Program-made: the position numbers and the translations under genes | Notes under the pieces: model-generated | The model's database searches: none | Told to the model about the DNA's origin: nothing | The model's input: only the letters and a program-made list of their open reading frames with translations | From: an uncultured delta proteobacterium | GTDB taxonomy: Bacteria > Myxococcota > Myxococcia > Myxococcales > Myxococcaceae | Reading direction: 5' to 3' | Assembly (NCBI GenBank): GCA_963796055.1 | Contig: CAWCKH010000005.1 | Location: 160,001-224,000 of the forward strand | DNA length: 64,000 nucleotides | Shown here: positions 36,880-46,735 of the stretch, piece by piece | Numbering within the stretch: position 1 is the first letter of the stretch | Layout of the letters: every line of letters begins with the position of its first letter

Positions 36880-37313
36880 TTCCCGAGGGGACAACGTTCA
36901 CCGGAGGTCAGCAGCGGGTCGGCGCGTGGCGGACTCCCGCGCGCCGTCCTCGTTTGCGGGCCTGACCGCGGGCTCATGCCCGAGCCCCTTCCGGTGACCG
37001 CGCCGGTCTGCTCGCCGGGCGTGGACGGAGAGCTGGTGGGCGAGACGCCCGCCGAGAGCTGACCGTGCTCCCCGCACCGCGAACCTCCCAGCCTGAGCCG
37101 GCGCCCACTCCCGACCGGCGAGGCTGTATGCACGTATCCTGCTCGGTGAGTCGCTGCGAAGTCGCGTCGCCGCCGTCGAGCATCCGCATGCGGAAACCTC
37201 GGACTGAGGTGGCTGGCCCCTGGGGGACGCCCTGCGCCGAGTCGAAGCCTCTGGGACCGCGCTCGCCGAGCTCGAAAACGCGCGGACGCCGGCCGGTCGT
37301 TCCAAAAAAAAAC

Positions 37314-37370
37314 AACTTGCTTCCTGCACGCAAGTATTTTCGAGAACTGTTTGCATGCAGGAAGCAAGTT
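37314..37370. repeat. 20-bp inverted repeat in an AT-rich intergenic patch
   Basis: AACTTGCTTCCTGCACGCAA - 17 nt - TTGCATGCAGGAAGCAAGTT (one mismatch), flanked by A9 and T5 runs. Confidence 0.85.
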
Positions 37371-37620
37371 TCGATTTTTGAACCTGCCCCTGGTTCACTC
37401 GTCCCGCCCGGGATCGGTGTGTCTCCCGAATTCCCCCCGCGACAACCTGGCACCCCTCGAAGTGAGGCCAGCGTCGTCCCGGCACCCTCACCCCAACCGG
37501 CTGCGAAACCTCGCCTCTTCTCAGGGCAGCCGTTCCGGTGCGGACCGGCCACGTCGACCGGTGCACGCCGGCAGCTCGACCGTGCGCCGAGACGGCTCAG
37601 CCTCCGGTACCCTTTCTGCC

Positions 37621-38019
37621 GTGCGCCCCCTACCCTTCGCCGCCGCTGTCGCTGCTTGCCTTCTCCTCGTCGATGCCCCCGTCGGTGGCCAGCCGGCACC
37701 CCCTCCGAAGGACGCGGGGCAGCTGATGCTGACCGTCTTCCTCCGGCACGATCAGTCCAGGACGCTGGGGGAGATCCGCGCCCAGCTGGAGAAGCAGGGC
37801 TACTTCCAGAAGTTCCCGCCGGCCGGCACCGAGGTCGTCTCCTGGTACGTGATGATGGGCGTGGGTCAGGTGGTGACCCTGCGCTTTCCGGCCGAGCGGC
37901 TGCGTGAGGTGAACGTGGCGCTGGAGCAGAGCGCCTGGGGCGCGTTCCGCACCGAGTTCTACCCGACGTACGACTACAAGCCGATCGCCGAGGCCGAGCG
38001 GAAGAAGGCGCGCCCCTGA
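37621..38019 (+). CDS. Exported hypothetical protein
   Basis: Signal-like N-terminus, then LTVFLRHDQS..FPP.G.EVVSWYVMMGVGQVVTL..AWGAFRTEFYPTYD; coding-like composition. Confidence 0.7.
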   Translation: MRPLPFAAAVAACLLLVDAPVGGQPAPPPKDAGQLMLTVFLRHDQSRTLGEIRAQLEKQGYFQKFPPAGTEVVSWYVMMGVGQVVTLRFPAERLREVNVALEQSAWGAFRTEFYPTYDYKPIAEAERKKARP

Positions 38020-38020
38020 C

Positions 38021-38806
38021 CTACCGCTCGAGCAGCCACCAGCGCCGGCGCATTGGCCGCGCCGAGCTGAGCCCGAACCTGTGCAGGGCCACGTCGCGGA
38101 CGTACTCCGCGGCCTCCTCGGGCGAGTCGGTGAGCAGGAAGCGATCGACGTCGGCCGCGTCGATGGTCCGCGCCGGCACCAGCCGCTCGCGGAGAAACTC
38201 CACCAGGGGACGCCAGTACTCGACGCCCAGCAGCACCAGGGGGAAGTCCCGCATCTTCCCGGTCTGCACCAGCACCGCCACCTCGAACAGCTCGTCGAGG
38301 GTGCCCAGACCGCCCGGAGCGGCGACGAAGGCGTAGGAGTACTTCGCCAGTACCACCTTGCGGACGAAGAACGAGCGGGTCTCCACCCAGCGGTCCAGGT
38401 AGGCGTTGGGCTTCTGCTCCACCGGGAGCACGATGTTGCACCCCACCGAGACGCCCCCGGCCTCCTTCGCGCCACGGTTGGCGGCCTCCATCAGCCCCGG
38501 GCCGCCACCGGTCATCACGGTGAATCCGACCCGGGCGAGCGCCGCTCCCATCCTCAGCGAGAGCGCGTAGGCCGGATGCCCCTCCGCGTAGCGTGCCGAG
38601 CCGAAGACCGTCACGCAGGGGCCCAGGAAGTGCAGCTGCCGGAAGCACTTCAGGAACTCGCCCGCGGTGCGGAGCACCCACAGCAGCTCGAGCGGGCGGT
38701 TGCGCGGCCCTTCGAGGAACGCGTTCTCCGCGGTCCGTGGCGGGGCCTTGCCCCAGTCCTCGGCACCCCGCTCCGCTGGCCGCGCGACCAGCTCGGTGGA
38801 GGTCAC
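38021..38806 (-). CDS. LOG family (TIGR00730) nucleotide monophosphate nucleosidase
   Basis: VTVFGSAR, TGGGPGLMEAAN, FFVRK and PGG.GTLDE. Confidence 0.9.
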   Translation of the reverse strand: MTSTELVARPAERGAEDWGKAPPRTAENAFLEGPRNRPLELLWVLRTAGEFLKCFRQLHFLGPCVTVFGSARYAEGHPAYALSLRMGAALARVGFTVMTGGGPGLMEAANRGAKEAGGVSVGCNIVLPVEQKPNAYLDRWVETRSFFVRKVVLAKYSYAFVAAPGGLGTLDELFEVAVLVQTGKMRDFPLVLLGVEYWRPLVEFLRERLVPARTIDAADVDRFLLTDSPEEAAEYVRDVALHRFGLSSARPMRRRWWLLER

Positions 38807-39336
38807 TTCTTCTGTGCGCCAAAGGGCTGGTAGCCGAACTTCTGCCCGCCCACGCTCGCCTCGTACATGAGCCCGGACTTTGTGGCGACGAAGATGGCCA
38901 CCCCGTTCTCGTAGTTGGCGCTGGCTGCTGCACCAGCCGACAGCGCCACGGCCGAGGCCTGCGCCGCCAGGGCGAAGTTGCCCTTCTTGAAGTCGTTGAG
39001 CGTCGAGGCGTCCTTGAAGAAGACGATCTCCGAGAAGCTCTCGCCGCCGAGCTGGAAGCCTACGCTGGCCTGACCCAGCGAGGCCTTTCCCACCGGCTGG
39101 CCACCGACGAAGAGGATCCCGTCGCCGCCGGCCCCGCCCACGATGAAACCCCCCTTGATGATGTTGGGGAACACCGCGTAGCCCGCGGCGGAGGAGAGGA
39201 ACTTCTCGACGTTCGCGTCCTTCTTCTTGAAGTCCTGGACCACCGCCCGGGAGCTGGAGATCAGGTCGTCGTCGCCGGCCCGGGCCGCGGTTGCGGCCAG
39301 AACCACGAGTACGGGAAACACGGTTGAAAGTCTCAT
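38803..39336 (-). CDS. Ysc84/SYLF-domain exported protein (paralog 1)
   Basis: Signal peptide, VFP...KGG..VGG, SVGFQLGG and GLMYEASVGGQKF. Confidence 0.85.
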   Translation of the reverse strand: MRLSTVFPVLVVLAATAARAGDDDLISSSRAVVQDFKKKDANVEKFLSSAAGYAVFPNIIKGGFIVGGAGGDGILFVGGQPVGKASLGQASVGFQLGGESFSEIVFFKDASTLNDFKKGNFALAAQASAVALSAGAAASANYENGVAIFVATKSGLMYEASVGGQKFGYQPFGAQKK

Positions 39337-39445
39337 TCCGAGAGCCTAGTCGGTCCCCGGCGCAGCAGCCCCCGGAACGTCAGGCCTGGCCGGCGCAGCG
39401 CAGGATGGCGGACACCGAGCGGGCCCGTCGCCCGCCGGACCAGCG

Positions 39446-39973
39446 TCACTTCTTGAACGGCTCGTAGCCGAACTTCTGGCCGCCCACGCTGGCCTCGTAC
39501 ATCAGGCCGCCCTTCGTCGCGGTGAACACCGCCACCCCGTGCTCGTACTTCGCATTGGCCGACGCTCCTGCCGCCAGGGCCACTGCCGAGGCCTGCGCCG
39601 CCAGCGCGAAATTCCCCTTCTTGAAGTCACTCAGCGCCGACGGGGTCTCGAAGAAGATGATCTCCGAGTACGTCTGACCGCCGAGCTGGAAGCCGATGCT
39701 GGCCTGTCCCATCGACGACCTTCCTATCGGCTGGCCCCCCACGAAGAGGACGCCGTCGCCGCCGGCCCCACCCACCCCGACGGCTCCCTTGGCGATGGTG
39801 GGGAACACCACGTAGCCGGCAGCCGAGCCGAAGAACTTGTCCAGCTTCGGGTCCGTCTTCTTGAAGGTCGCGATGGTGGCCTTGGCTTCGGAGGTCAGCG
39901 CCGCGTTGTCGGCGGCGAGGGCGACCGAGGCCGCCAGGAGGGACACGACCAGCAGGGGGGCGAGGGTGCGCAT
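39446..39973 (-). CDS. Ysc84/SYLF-domain exported protein (paralog 2)
   Basis: Same motifs as 38803-39336. Confidence 0.85.
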   Translation of the reverse strand: MRTLAPLLVVSLLAASVALAADNAALTSEAKATIATFKKTDPKLDKFFGSAAGYVVFPTIAKGAVGVGGAGGDGVLFVGGQPIGRSSMGQASIGFQLGGQTYSEIIFFETPSALSDFKKGNFALAAQASAVALAAGASANAKYEHGVAVFTATKGGLMYEASVGGQKFGYEPFKK

Positions 39974-40031
39974 GCCGCGGACCCTACCCCTTCCGACCGG
40001 GGCGGTTAACAGAAACGGCTCGCCCGAAGGA

Positions 40032-41420
40032 TCAGGCCCTCCCGGCGCAGCGGAGGATGGCGGAGACCGACCGGTCCACGTCCTCCTCGGTGGTGTTCCA
40101 CCCCGAGACGCTGATCCGCATCACGTCCTGCTCCTTCCACCTGCTCCCCCCGAGCCAGCAGGTCCCATCGGCCTGCACCCGGGAGATGACCTCGCGGGTG
40201 AAGGCGTCCGCATCCCCGCCGCCCGTAGGCTCGAACCGCACCAGCACCTGGTTGAGCACCACCTCGTTCAGCACCCGGACGCCGGGGGCCCGTCTCAGCT
40301 GCTCGGCGAAGCGCCGTGCCCGGGCGCAGCAGCGATCCACCAGCTCCTCCACCCCGCGCCGGCCGAGCGCGCGGAGCGCGGCGTACACCGCGGTGCCGCG
40401 CCCGCGCCGGCTGAACTCGGGGACGAAGTCCACCCCGTCGCGCTGCTCACTGGACTTCACCAGGTAGCTCGCCGAGGTCCCCATCGCGCGCCGGAGCACC
40501 TCCGCATCCCGGACGATGGCCACTCCCGAGTCGTAGGGGACGTTGAGCCACTTGTGGGTGTCCACCGCCCAGCTGTCCGCCGCCTCCACGCCGCGCAGGA
40601 GTTTTCGGGTGGCCGGGCTCGCCGCGCCCCACATTCCGAAGGCGCCATCGACGTGCACCCAGGCGCCGTGCGCGTGGGCCGCGGCGACCAGGGGCTCCAT
40701 CGGGTCCACCGCCCCGGAGTTGACGTTCCCCGCCTGCAGACAGACCAGGGTGGGTCCCTTGCAGGCGGCCAGCACCGGACCGAGCGCCTCCGGTTCCATT
40801 CGCCCCTGGGCGTCGGCGCGCACCCGCTTCACCCGGGCCTGTCCCAGCCCAAGGTAGCGCAGGGAACGGAGGACGGTGACGTGCACCTCCTCGCCGACCA
40901 CCACGTGGATCTCCGGAGCGCCGTAGAGCCCGTGGTCCGACACGTCCCAGCCCACCCGGCTCAGCAGCGCGTGGCGCGCGGCCGAGAGCCCGGTGAAGTT
41001 GGCCATCTGTCCGCCGGTCACGAAGCCCACCCCGGCGTCGACCGGGAGCCCGAGCAGACCGTTCAGCCACCGCCCGGCGATGTCCTCGAGGACGGCGACC
41101 GTGGGGGAGAGGATGTACAGGCCGCAGTTCTGATCCCAGGCCGAGGTGAGCCAGTCCGCACCGAGCGCCACCGGATGGCTCCCGCCGATGACGAAGCCGA
41201 AGAACCGCGGGCCCGCGGTGGCCATCAGCCCCGCCTCGCCGGCCCGGGCGAGCAGGTCGAGGACCTGGGCCGGATCCTCTCCCCGCTCGGGCAGCGCACC
41301 GCCGAAGGCCGCCTGCAGCGCGTGGAGCGACGCGGTGGGCCGCACCGGGCGCTTGCCGAGGGAGCCGATCCAGAAACGGGCGTGCGCGAGCGCGCGGTCC
41401 AGCGGGGCGAGAGGGTCCAT
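40032..41420 (-). CDS. Group II PLP-dependent amino-acid decarboxylase
   Basis: PRFFGFV, GGQMAN, WVHVDGAFG, ADSWAVDTHKWL (PLP lysine) and SRRGRG. Confidence 0.9.
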   Translation of the reverse strand: MDPLAPLDRALAHARFWIGSLGKRPVRPTASLHALQAAFGGALPERGEDPAQVLDLLARAGEAGLMATAGPRFFGFVIGGSHPVALGADWLTSAWDQNCGLYILSPTVAVLEDIAGRWLNGLLGLPVDAGVGFVTGGQMANFTGLSAARHALLSRVGWDVSDHGLYGAPEIHVVVGEEVHVTVLRSLRYLGLGQARVKRVRADAQGRMEPEALGPVLAACKGPTLVCLQAGNVNSGAVDPMEPLVAAAHAHGAWVHVDGAFGMWGAASPATRKLLRGVEAADSWAVDTHKWLNVPYDSGVAIVRDAEVLRRAMGTSASYLVKSSEQRDGVDFVPEFSRRGRGTAVYAALRALGRRGVEELVDRCCARARRFAEQLRRAPGVRVLNEVVLNQVLVRFEPTGGGDADAFTREVISRVQADGTCWLGGSRWKEQDVMRISVSGWNTTEEDVDRSVSAILRCAGRA

Positions 41421-41512
41421 GGAGGGCGCACCGTGCCCCCATCGCCGCCCTCGCAGCAAGCACAGGGCGCCGCCGATGCAGCCGGAACAGCGCCCGACGA
41501 AGCAGGCCCGTG

Positions 41513-42115
41513 TCAGTCCAGACGCCGGTAGCTCAGGGTCACGTCCACCGGCGCCGAGAGCCGACCGCTCTGCATCAGGCGGCGGACGCGGAGGGTGCGG
41601 CCGTCCGTGGATGGGGTGAAGACCGTCTCGCCGGATCCGTCGGCGCCCTTCCCCGCCTCCACCAGCGCGCCCTCCCGGAGCCGGAAGGTGGTCTGGCTCT
41701 CGTCGCCGAAGCGGTCGGTGACGTCGACCGGTGGACCGCCCACCTCGCCCCGCTCGGTCGGGTGGTCGGGCGAGGCGATGCTCACCGTCGAGCCCTCGAA
41801 GCTCAGGGTGTAGGTCGGTCGTGGACTGGCACGGGCCCGCAGCGCCTCGGCCGCGAAGCCACGGGCGAGGAATCCCATGTCCGCCGTTGCGCGCTCCACT
41901 GCCTCCTCCACCTGCGCCAGCTCGGCGTCACCGCCGGCATAGACCCAGGTACCGGCGAGCGCCGAACGTTCGGCCTCGGAGATCTGCGTCCCTCCGGCCG
42001 GCGGTGCGGCAGCTGATGGCTCGGCGGGAGGCGGCGCGTGGGCGCAGGCGGCGAGCGAGAGCAGAACGAGGGTCGGCGCCAGGCAGAGGTGCGGTGATGC
42101 TCGGCTCGGGCGCAT
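41513..42115 (-). CDS. Hypothetical lipoprotein
   Basis: Lipobox LAAC, Pro/Ala linker, then a beta-rich domain starting LAGTW. Confidence 0.6.
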   Translation of the reverse strand: MRPSRASPHLCLAPTLVLLSLAACAHAPPPAEPSAAAPPAGGTQISEAERSALAGTWVYAGGDAELAQVEEAVERATADMGFLARGFAAEALRARASPRPTYTLSFEGSTVSIASPDHPTERGEVGGPPVDVTDRFGDESQTTFRLREGALVEAGKGADGSGETVFTPSTDGRTLRVRRLMQSGRLSAPVDVTLSYRRLD

Positions 42116-42171
42116 CGGACGGGAGCTACCCACGAGCAGTCCTCGGCGCAACCGCCGGCCAGGGCCGCTTC

Positions 42172-42453
42172 CTAGAGCGGCAGGGCCAGCGCGGCCCGGG
42201 GCACGAGGTAGCGGAGCATCCGCTCGTGGTGCGCGTTCAGGCCCACGAACGAGACCGGACCGCGGTGCCGATCCACCACCCACTCCAGGACCTCGGCCAG
42301 CGCGTGGTCCGAGAGGTCCACGGTGCGGGTGAAGTCCACGCGCACCGGTACGCGGGCTCCGAGCTCGGTGAGGCGCTGGCGCAGCTCGGCAGCCTCGGTC
42401 ACGCCGAACTCCCGGCCGGCGCGGAACTCCGGTCCTTCTTCCCTCGTGCCCAT
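42172..42453 (-). CDS. STAS-like small protein
   Basis: F...EA.EL, VRVDF......D.ALA and V..VGL..H..R.LRYL pattern. Confidence 0.6.
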   Translation of the reverse strand: MGTREEGPEFRAGREFGVTEAAELRQRLTELGARVPVRVDFTRTVDLSDHALAEVLEWVVDRHRGPVSFVGLNAHHERMLRYLVPRAALALPL

Positions 42454-42518
42454 CCAGGCAACCTCGAATGCCCGACCCATGATGACGTCGCCTCCGCCAG
42501 GGGTGCGTGGAGGGGACG

Positions 42519-42534
42519 TGCACCTGCCGTACCG
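42519..42534 (-). promoter_or_regulatory. Possible sigma-54 promoter of the STAS-like gene
   Basis: Minus strand CGGTACGGCAGGTGCA (GG-N10-GC). Confidence 0.4.
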
Positions 42535-42657
42535 GCTGCGGATCGATCATCAGAGCGGACGGATGGCTCCGAGCAGTTCTGCTGTCGGAGCCGACGCGTC
42601 GCGCATTGCCGACGAACGATGTGCGCTCCGCGAAGCGTGCTGCGCCCGGAAAGATCG

Positions 42658-42672
42658 TGGCTCGGAAAATGC
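42658..42672 (+). promoter_or_regulatory. sigma-54 promoter of hsp20
   Basis: TGGCTCGGAAAATGC. GCGCA/TGCGC half-sites lie at 42601, 42622 and 42641. Confidence 0.6.
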
Positions 42673-42719
42673 TCGCTCCCCCGGCGGCCCGAGCAGACAG
42701 CGGGCCAGTGGAGGCTGTC

Positions 42720-43202
42720 ATGAACGACGTGATCGTACGCAGGACCCCCGAGCTACCGACGCTCGCCCCGTTGCATCCGCTTCGCTCGCTGCGCGAGCTG
42801 CTCGCGTGGGACCCGTTCCAGGAGATGGCGCCGCTGTTCCCGGTGGAGATGCACCGGGTGATTCCTCCGTTCGAGGTGCGAGAGACGAAGGACCGCTTCG
42901 TGTTCCAGGCGGATCTGCCCGGCGTGGAGGTCAAGGACATCGAGATCTTCCTCACCGGCAACCGGCTCACCATCAACGGGACGCGGATCGACAAGGTGGA
43001 GAAGGGCGAAGAGGGCGAGTACTACGCTCGTGAGCGGACCTACGGCGGCTTCAGCCGTTCGTTCACCCTTCCCGAGGGCGCGGATCTGAGCGCGGTTCAG
43101 GCGAACCTGACCAACGGCGTGCTCACCATCGTGTTCCCGAAGCTGGCCGCGGTGCAGCCGAAGAAGATCCCGGTGACGGTGGAGAAGGCCGCCCGAGTGT
43201 AG
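42720..43202 (+). CDS. Hsp20/alpha-crystallin small heat-shock protein
   Basis: WDPF, FEVRET, ADLPGV, ERTYGGFSRSFTLP and L.NGVLTI..PK. GGAGG RBS. Confidence 0.93.
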   Translation: MNDVIVRRTPELPTLAPLHPLRSLRELLAWDPFQEMAPLFPVEMHRVIPPFEVRETKDRFVFQADLPGVEVKDIEIFLTGNRLTINGTRIDKVEKGEEGEYYARERTYGGFSRSFTLPEGADLSAVQANLTNGVLTIVFPKLAAVQPKKIPVTVEKAARV

Positions 43203-43457
43203 CTCCAGCAGTCCAGGGAGTCTTCAGCAATCTGCCGGGGCCGCAGCGGTTGCGTTCCGGGGCCCGTGCACTGCAATCGGTGCACCCCCTCCGAACTGCC
43301 GACCCCGGCAGCGCCCACGAGTTCTCAGTCACTTCCTCGGGCGTGCACAGCCGATGTACGCCCCTCGCCACGAAGACATCGTGGAACCCCCGTGGCCGGG
43401 GGGAGGGCGGGGCGGTGCAGCCGAACGGCCGTCCCGCCCGCTTTCCGTTCGCGGACC

Positions 43458-44867
43458 TCAGCTCTCTGGGCCGTTCCCCGGGCTGGGGCCGGGTTGCGCC
43501 GCGCTCTCCTCGCGTTCCTGCGCATACTGCTTGAGCCGGTACTGGATGGTGCGGGTGCTGATGCCCAGCATCGCCGCGGCGCGCGAGGTGGAGCCGCCGA
43601 CGACCTCCAGCGTCCGGAGGATCGCCTGCTTCTCGATCTCCTGCCACGTGCCGCCGGGGATGAGGCTGCTCATCGGCCGGTCGGAGGGGCGTGCGCCGAG
43701 GACGGTGGGCGGCAGATCGTCGGTGGTGAGGTACGGGCCCTGGGCCAGCACCACCGCGCGCTCGATGGAGTTCTCGAGCTCGCGGACGTTGCCCGGCCAG
43801 TCGTGACGGAGCAGGGCCTGGAGGGTGCCCGGGGCGAGCCCCTGGATCTTCTTCCCGTGGAGCTCGGTGAAGCGCCGGAGGAAGTGCGAGACCAGCGCCG
43901 GGATGTCCCCCTTGCGTGCCCGGAGCGGGGGCAGGGTCACCGAGATGACGTTCAGCCGGTAGAACAGGTCCTCGCGGAAGTGGCCGGCGGCGACCTCTGC
44001 GGCGAGGTCCTTGTTGGTGGCGGTGAGCAGCCGGACGTCGACCTTCAGGGTCTCGGTGCCACCCACCCGCTCGAACTCGCGGGTCTGGAGCACCCGGAGC
44101 AGCTTCACCTGGACCGACGGGGAGACGTCGCCAATCTCGTCGAGGAAGATCGTGCCCCCGTCAGCCCGCTCGAAGCGGCCCTCGCGCCGGGACACCGCGC
44201 CGGTGAAGGACCCTCGTTCGTGGCCGAAGAGCTCGGACTCGAGGAGCGTCTCGGTGAGCGCTCCGCAGTTCACCCGGACGAAGGGGCGGTCCTTCCTTGG
44301 AGACAGCTCGTGCAGGGCCTGGGCGATGAGCTCCTTGCCGGTCCCCGACTCGCCGAGGATGAGCACGTTGGCGCGGGTGGGAGCGGCCCGCTGGACGACC
44401 TCGAACACCTCGCGGAGCGCCGGGCTGTCGCCGACGATGTTGTCGAAGTGGACCCGCTCGCGCACCCGGGCGCGCAGGCTCGCCGCTTCCTGGACCAGAT
44501 GGCGCTTCTCCAGGGCCTTCTCGATGACCACCAGGACCGCCCGCTCGTCGAGCGGCTTCACCAGGAAGGTCTCCGCCCCGGCCTTCATCGCCTCCACCGC
44601 CATCTCGATGGAGCCGAAGGCGGTCATCACCACGAAGACGGAGTCGATGCCGCTCTCCCGTGCCTCGCGCAGCAGGGTGAGCCCATCCATCCGCTGCATC
44701 CGCACGTCCGCCAGGACCACGTCGGCCCCGGCGCTGCGGAGGACCGCCAGGGCCTCCACCCCGTCGCCGGCCTCGCTGACCGCGTAACCCTCCTCGGTCA
44801 GGATGGTCCGCAGCGCACCGCGGGCGTTCGGCTCGTCGTCCACCACGAGGATGCGCGCTGACGCCAT
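43458..44867 (-). CDS. sigma-54 NtrC-family response regulator (NmpR-like)
   Basis: REC, GESGTGKE, GSFTGA, FLDEIG, WPGNVREL and HTH AAAMLGISTRTIQYRL. Confidence 0.9.
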   Translation of the reverse strand: MASARILVVDDEPNARGALRTILTEEGYAVSEAGDGVEALAVLRSAGADVVLADVRMQRMDGLTLLREARESGIDSVFVVMTAFGSIEMAVEAMKAGAETFLVKPLDERAVLVVIEKALEKRHLVQEAASLRARVRERVHFDNIVGDSPALREVFEVVQRAAPTRANVLILGESGTGKELIAQALHELSPRKDRPFVRVNCGALTETLLESELFGHERGSFTGAVSRREGRFERADGGTIFLDEIGDVSPSVQVKLLRVLQTREFERVGGTETLKVDVRLLTATNKDLAAEVAAGHFREDLFYRLNVISVTLPPLRARKGDIPALVSHFLRRFTELHGKKIQGLAPGTLQALLRHDWPGNVRELENSIERAVVLAQGPYLTTDDLPPTVLGARPSDRPMSSLIPGGTWQEIEKQAILRTLEVVGGSTSRAAAMLGISTRTIQYRLKQYAQEREESAAQPGPSPGNGPES

Positions 44868-44951
44868 GTGTGGGTCGGCACTTTAGCAAAAGCCGGGCCG
44901 GCCCGTGTGTCGCCTTTTCCAGTGGATCCGGACTATCTGTGCGTCCAGCGC

Positions 44952-46094
44952 ATGACAGGGTTCTTCGTCGAGCTGCTGGACTACGTGGGGTTCGGGCACG
45001 CGGACCAGGTGATCCTGCGCGCTCTGCACCCCGGCCTGGCGCCGGAGTTCCCCGAGGTCTCGGAGGTCTTCTATGCCCGCATCCTCGAGTACCCCCCGGC
45101 CCGCGCGGTGCTCGAGCGAGGGGAGAGCTCGGTGGGCCGGCTCAAGCACTCGCTGGTGGCATGGATGGACGGGCTGTTCCAGGGGCCGTGGGACGGGGCG
45201 TACGTGGAGCGGCGTGCGCGGATCGGCCGGGCGCACGTCCGCATCGGGCTCCCGCAGCACTACATGTTCGGGGCGATGAACGTGCTCCGCCGCGAGCTCT
45301 CCGCCCGGATCTCCCGGCTGGTGCCCCCCACCTCCGCCGAGCACCACGTGGCGCAGAACGCGCTGTCCCGGATGCTGGACCTCGAGCTGGCGATCATGCT
45401 CCAGACCTACCGGGAGGACCTGGAGGCGCAGAAGGCCCGCACCGAGCGGCTCTCGACCTTTGGCCAGGTGGTGGCGAGCATCGGCCACGAGCTGAGAAAC
45501 CCGCTGGGCGTCGCCGAGTCGTCGGTCTTCCTCCTGGAGAAGCGCGTGGGAGGAGACCCCAACGCCCGGAAGCATCTGCAACGCATCGGCGAGCAGATCG
45601 CGGTCGCCAACGGCATCGTCGGGGCGCTGCTGGACCTGGTGCGCGACCGGCCCATGGACGCCCAGCCGCTGATGCTGTCCGAGCTGGTGGAGAGCGCGGT
45701 GGACCGGGTTCCCCGGCCGGAGGGGATCACCGTGGAGGTGAGGCCCCTCGACACGCTGCGCGTCCTGGGCGACGCTGCCCAGCTCCGGCAGGTATTCGTG
45801 AACCTGGTCCAGAACGCGGTCGACGCGTGCGGGCAGACCGGGCGGGTGACGGTGGAGGCCCGGAGCGTGGAGGGGAAGGTGGAGGTCGCGGTGGAGGACA
45901 ACGGACACGGTCTGGACGCCTCGATCAAGGCCCGGCTCTTCGAGCCGCTCATCACCACCAAGTCCAAGGGCGTCGGCCTGGGCCTGGCGCTCGTCCGGCG
46001 CATCGTCGAGCGGCACGGCGGCACCATCGCCCACGTGGCCCCTCCCACCCGTGGGGCGCGCTTCGTGCTCACCCTCCCGGGGGTGAGGTCATGA
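44952..46094 (+). CDS. Globin-coupled (protoglobin) sensor histidine kinase (AfGcHK/NmpU-like)
   Basis: YVGF, FYARIL (distal Tyr), RIGRAHVRIGLPQHYMFGAMN (proximal His), LDLELAIML, GHELRNPL and GVGLGL. Confidence 0.9.
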   Translation: MTGFFVELLDYVGFGHADQVILRALHPGLAPEFPEVSEVFYARILEYPPARAVLERGESSVGRLKHSLVAWMDGLFQGPWDGAYVERRARIGRAHVRIGLPQHYMFGAMNVLRRELSARISRLVPPTSAEHHVAQNALSRMLDLELAIMLQTYREDLEAQKARTERLSTFGQVVASIGHELRNPLGVAESSVFLLEKRVGGDPNARKHLQRIGEQIAVANGIVGALLDLVRDRPMDAQPLMLSELVESAVDRVPRPEGITVEVRPLDTLRVLGDAAQLRQVFVNLVQNAVDACGQTGRVTVEARSVEGKVEVAVEDNGHGLDASIKARLFEPLITTKSKGVGLGLALVRRIVERHGGTIAHVAPPTRGARFVLTLPGVRS

Positions 46095-46735
46095 CTGCGG
46101 CGGGGGCACGGCGATACCTGGTGGTGGACGACAACCAGCCGCTTGCCGAGAACCTGGCGGAGATCCTCGAGACCAGCGGCGCCGAGGTGGACGTCGAGCT
46201 CGACTCGCGGGTGGCGCTCGGCCGGCTGCAGGCGCGGCGGTACACCGCGCTGGTGACCGACATGCGGATGCCGGGGCTGGGTGGCGCCGAGCTGCTCGCC
46301 GCCGCCCGTGTCTCCGACCCTGGCCTACCGGCCCTGGTGGTCACCGCCTTCATCGGCGATGCGGAGCTGGCGCGGGTGGAGCGGATGGGCGTGCTGGCCA
46401 CTCTGCCGAAGCCGGTGCCGGTGGAGACCCTCCTCCAACGCCTGGAGCACGCCCGTCGGGGCGCGGTGGTGTGGGTGGTGTGCGGCGCCGCCGACCGGGT
46501 CAGCCGGTTGATGGAGTTCGTCCGCGACCACGGGTGCACGCCCCTGCCGTTCGCCGCGGCCGAGGCGACCCCCACGGGCCCCACCCCGCTCCTGGCGGTG
46601 CTGGCCGACGCGCCGGAGGCCGAGGCCTGGGCCCGGGCCCATCCGGAGGTGCACGTGGTTCGCCTTCCGACGTCGCTCGAGGCTCTGGCCACCGCGCTCG
46701 ACGCGGGCCTCGCAAGGTTCGAGGAGGGTGGGTGA
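46091..46735 (+). CDS. Response regulator: receiver plus a degenerate second receiver (NmpT-like)
   Basis: VVDDN..LAENLAEIL, TDMRMP and KPV. The second half lacks the acidic pocket. Confidence 0.8.
   Translation: MTAAGARRYLVVDDNQPLAENLAEILETSGAEVDVELDSRVALGRLQARRYTALVTDMRMPGLGGAELLAAARVSDPGLPALVVTAFIGDAELARVERMGVLATLPKPVPVETLLQRLEHARRGAVVWVVCGAADRVSRLMEFVRDHGCTPLPFAAAEATPTGPTPLLAVLADAPEAEAWARAHPEVHVVRLPTSLEALATALDAGLARFEEGG

Noticed and set aside
36974..37190. Small minus-strand ORF (MRMLDGG...) with a GAGG upstream
   Set aside because: Low-complexity Arg/Pro/Ser product with no recognisable motif; cannot be supported
44899..44913. GG-N10-GC upstream of the globin kinase
   Set aside because: Weak -12 (TCGC), no enhancer seen, and likely by chance at this GC content
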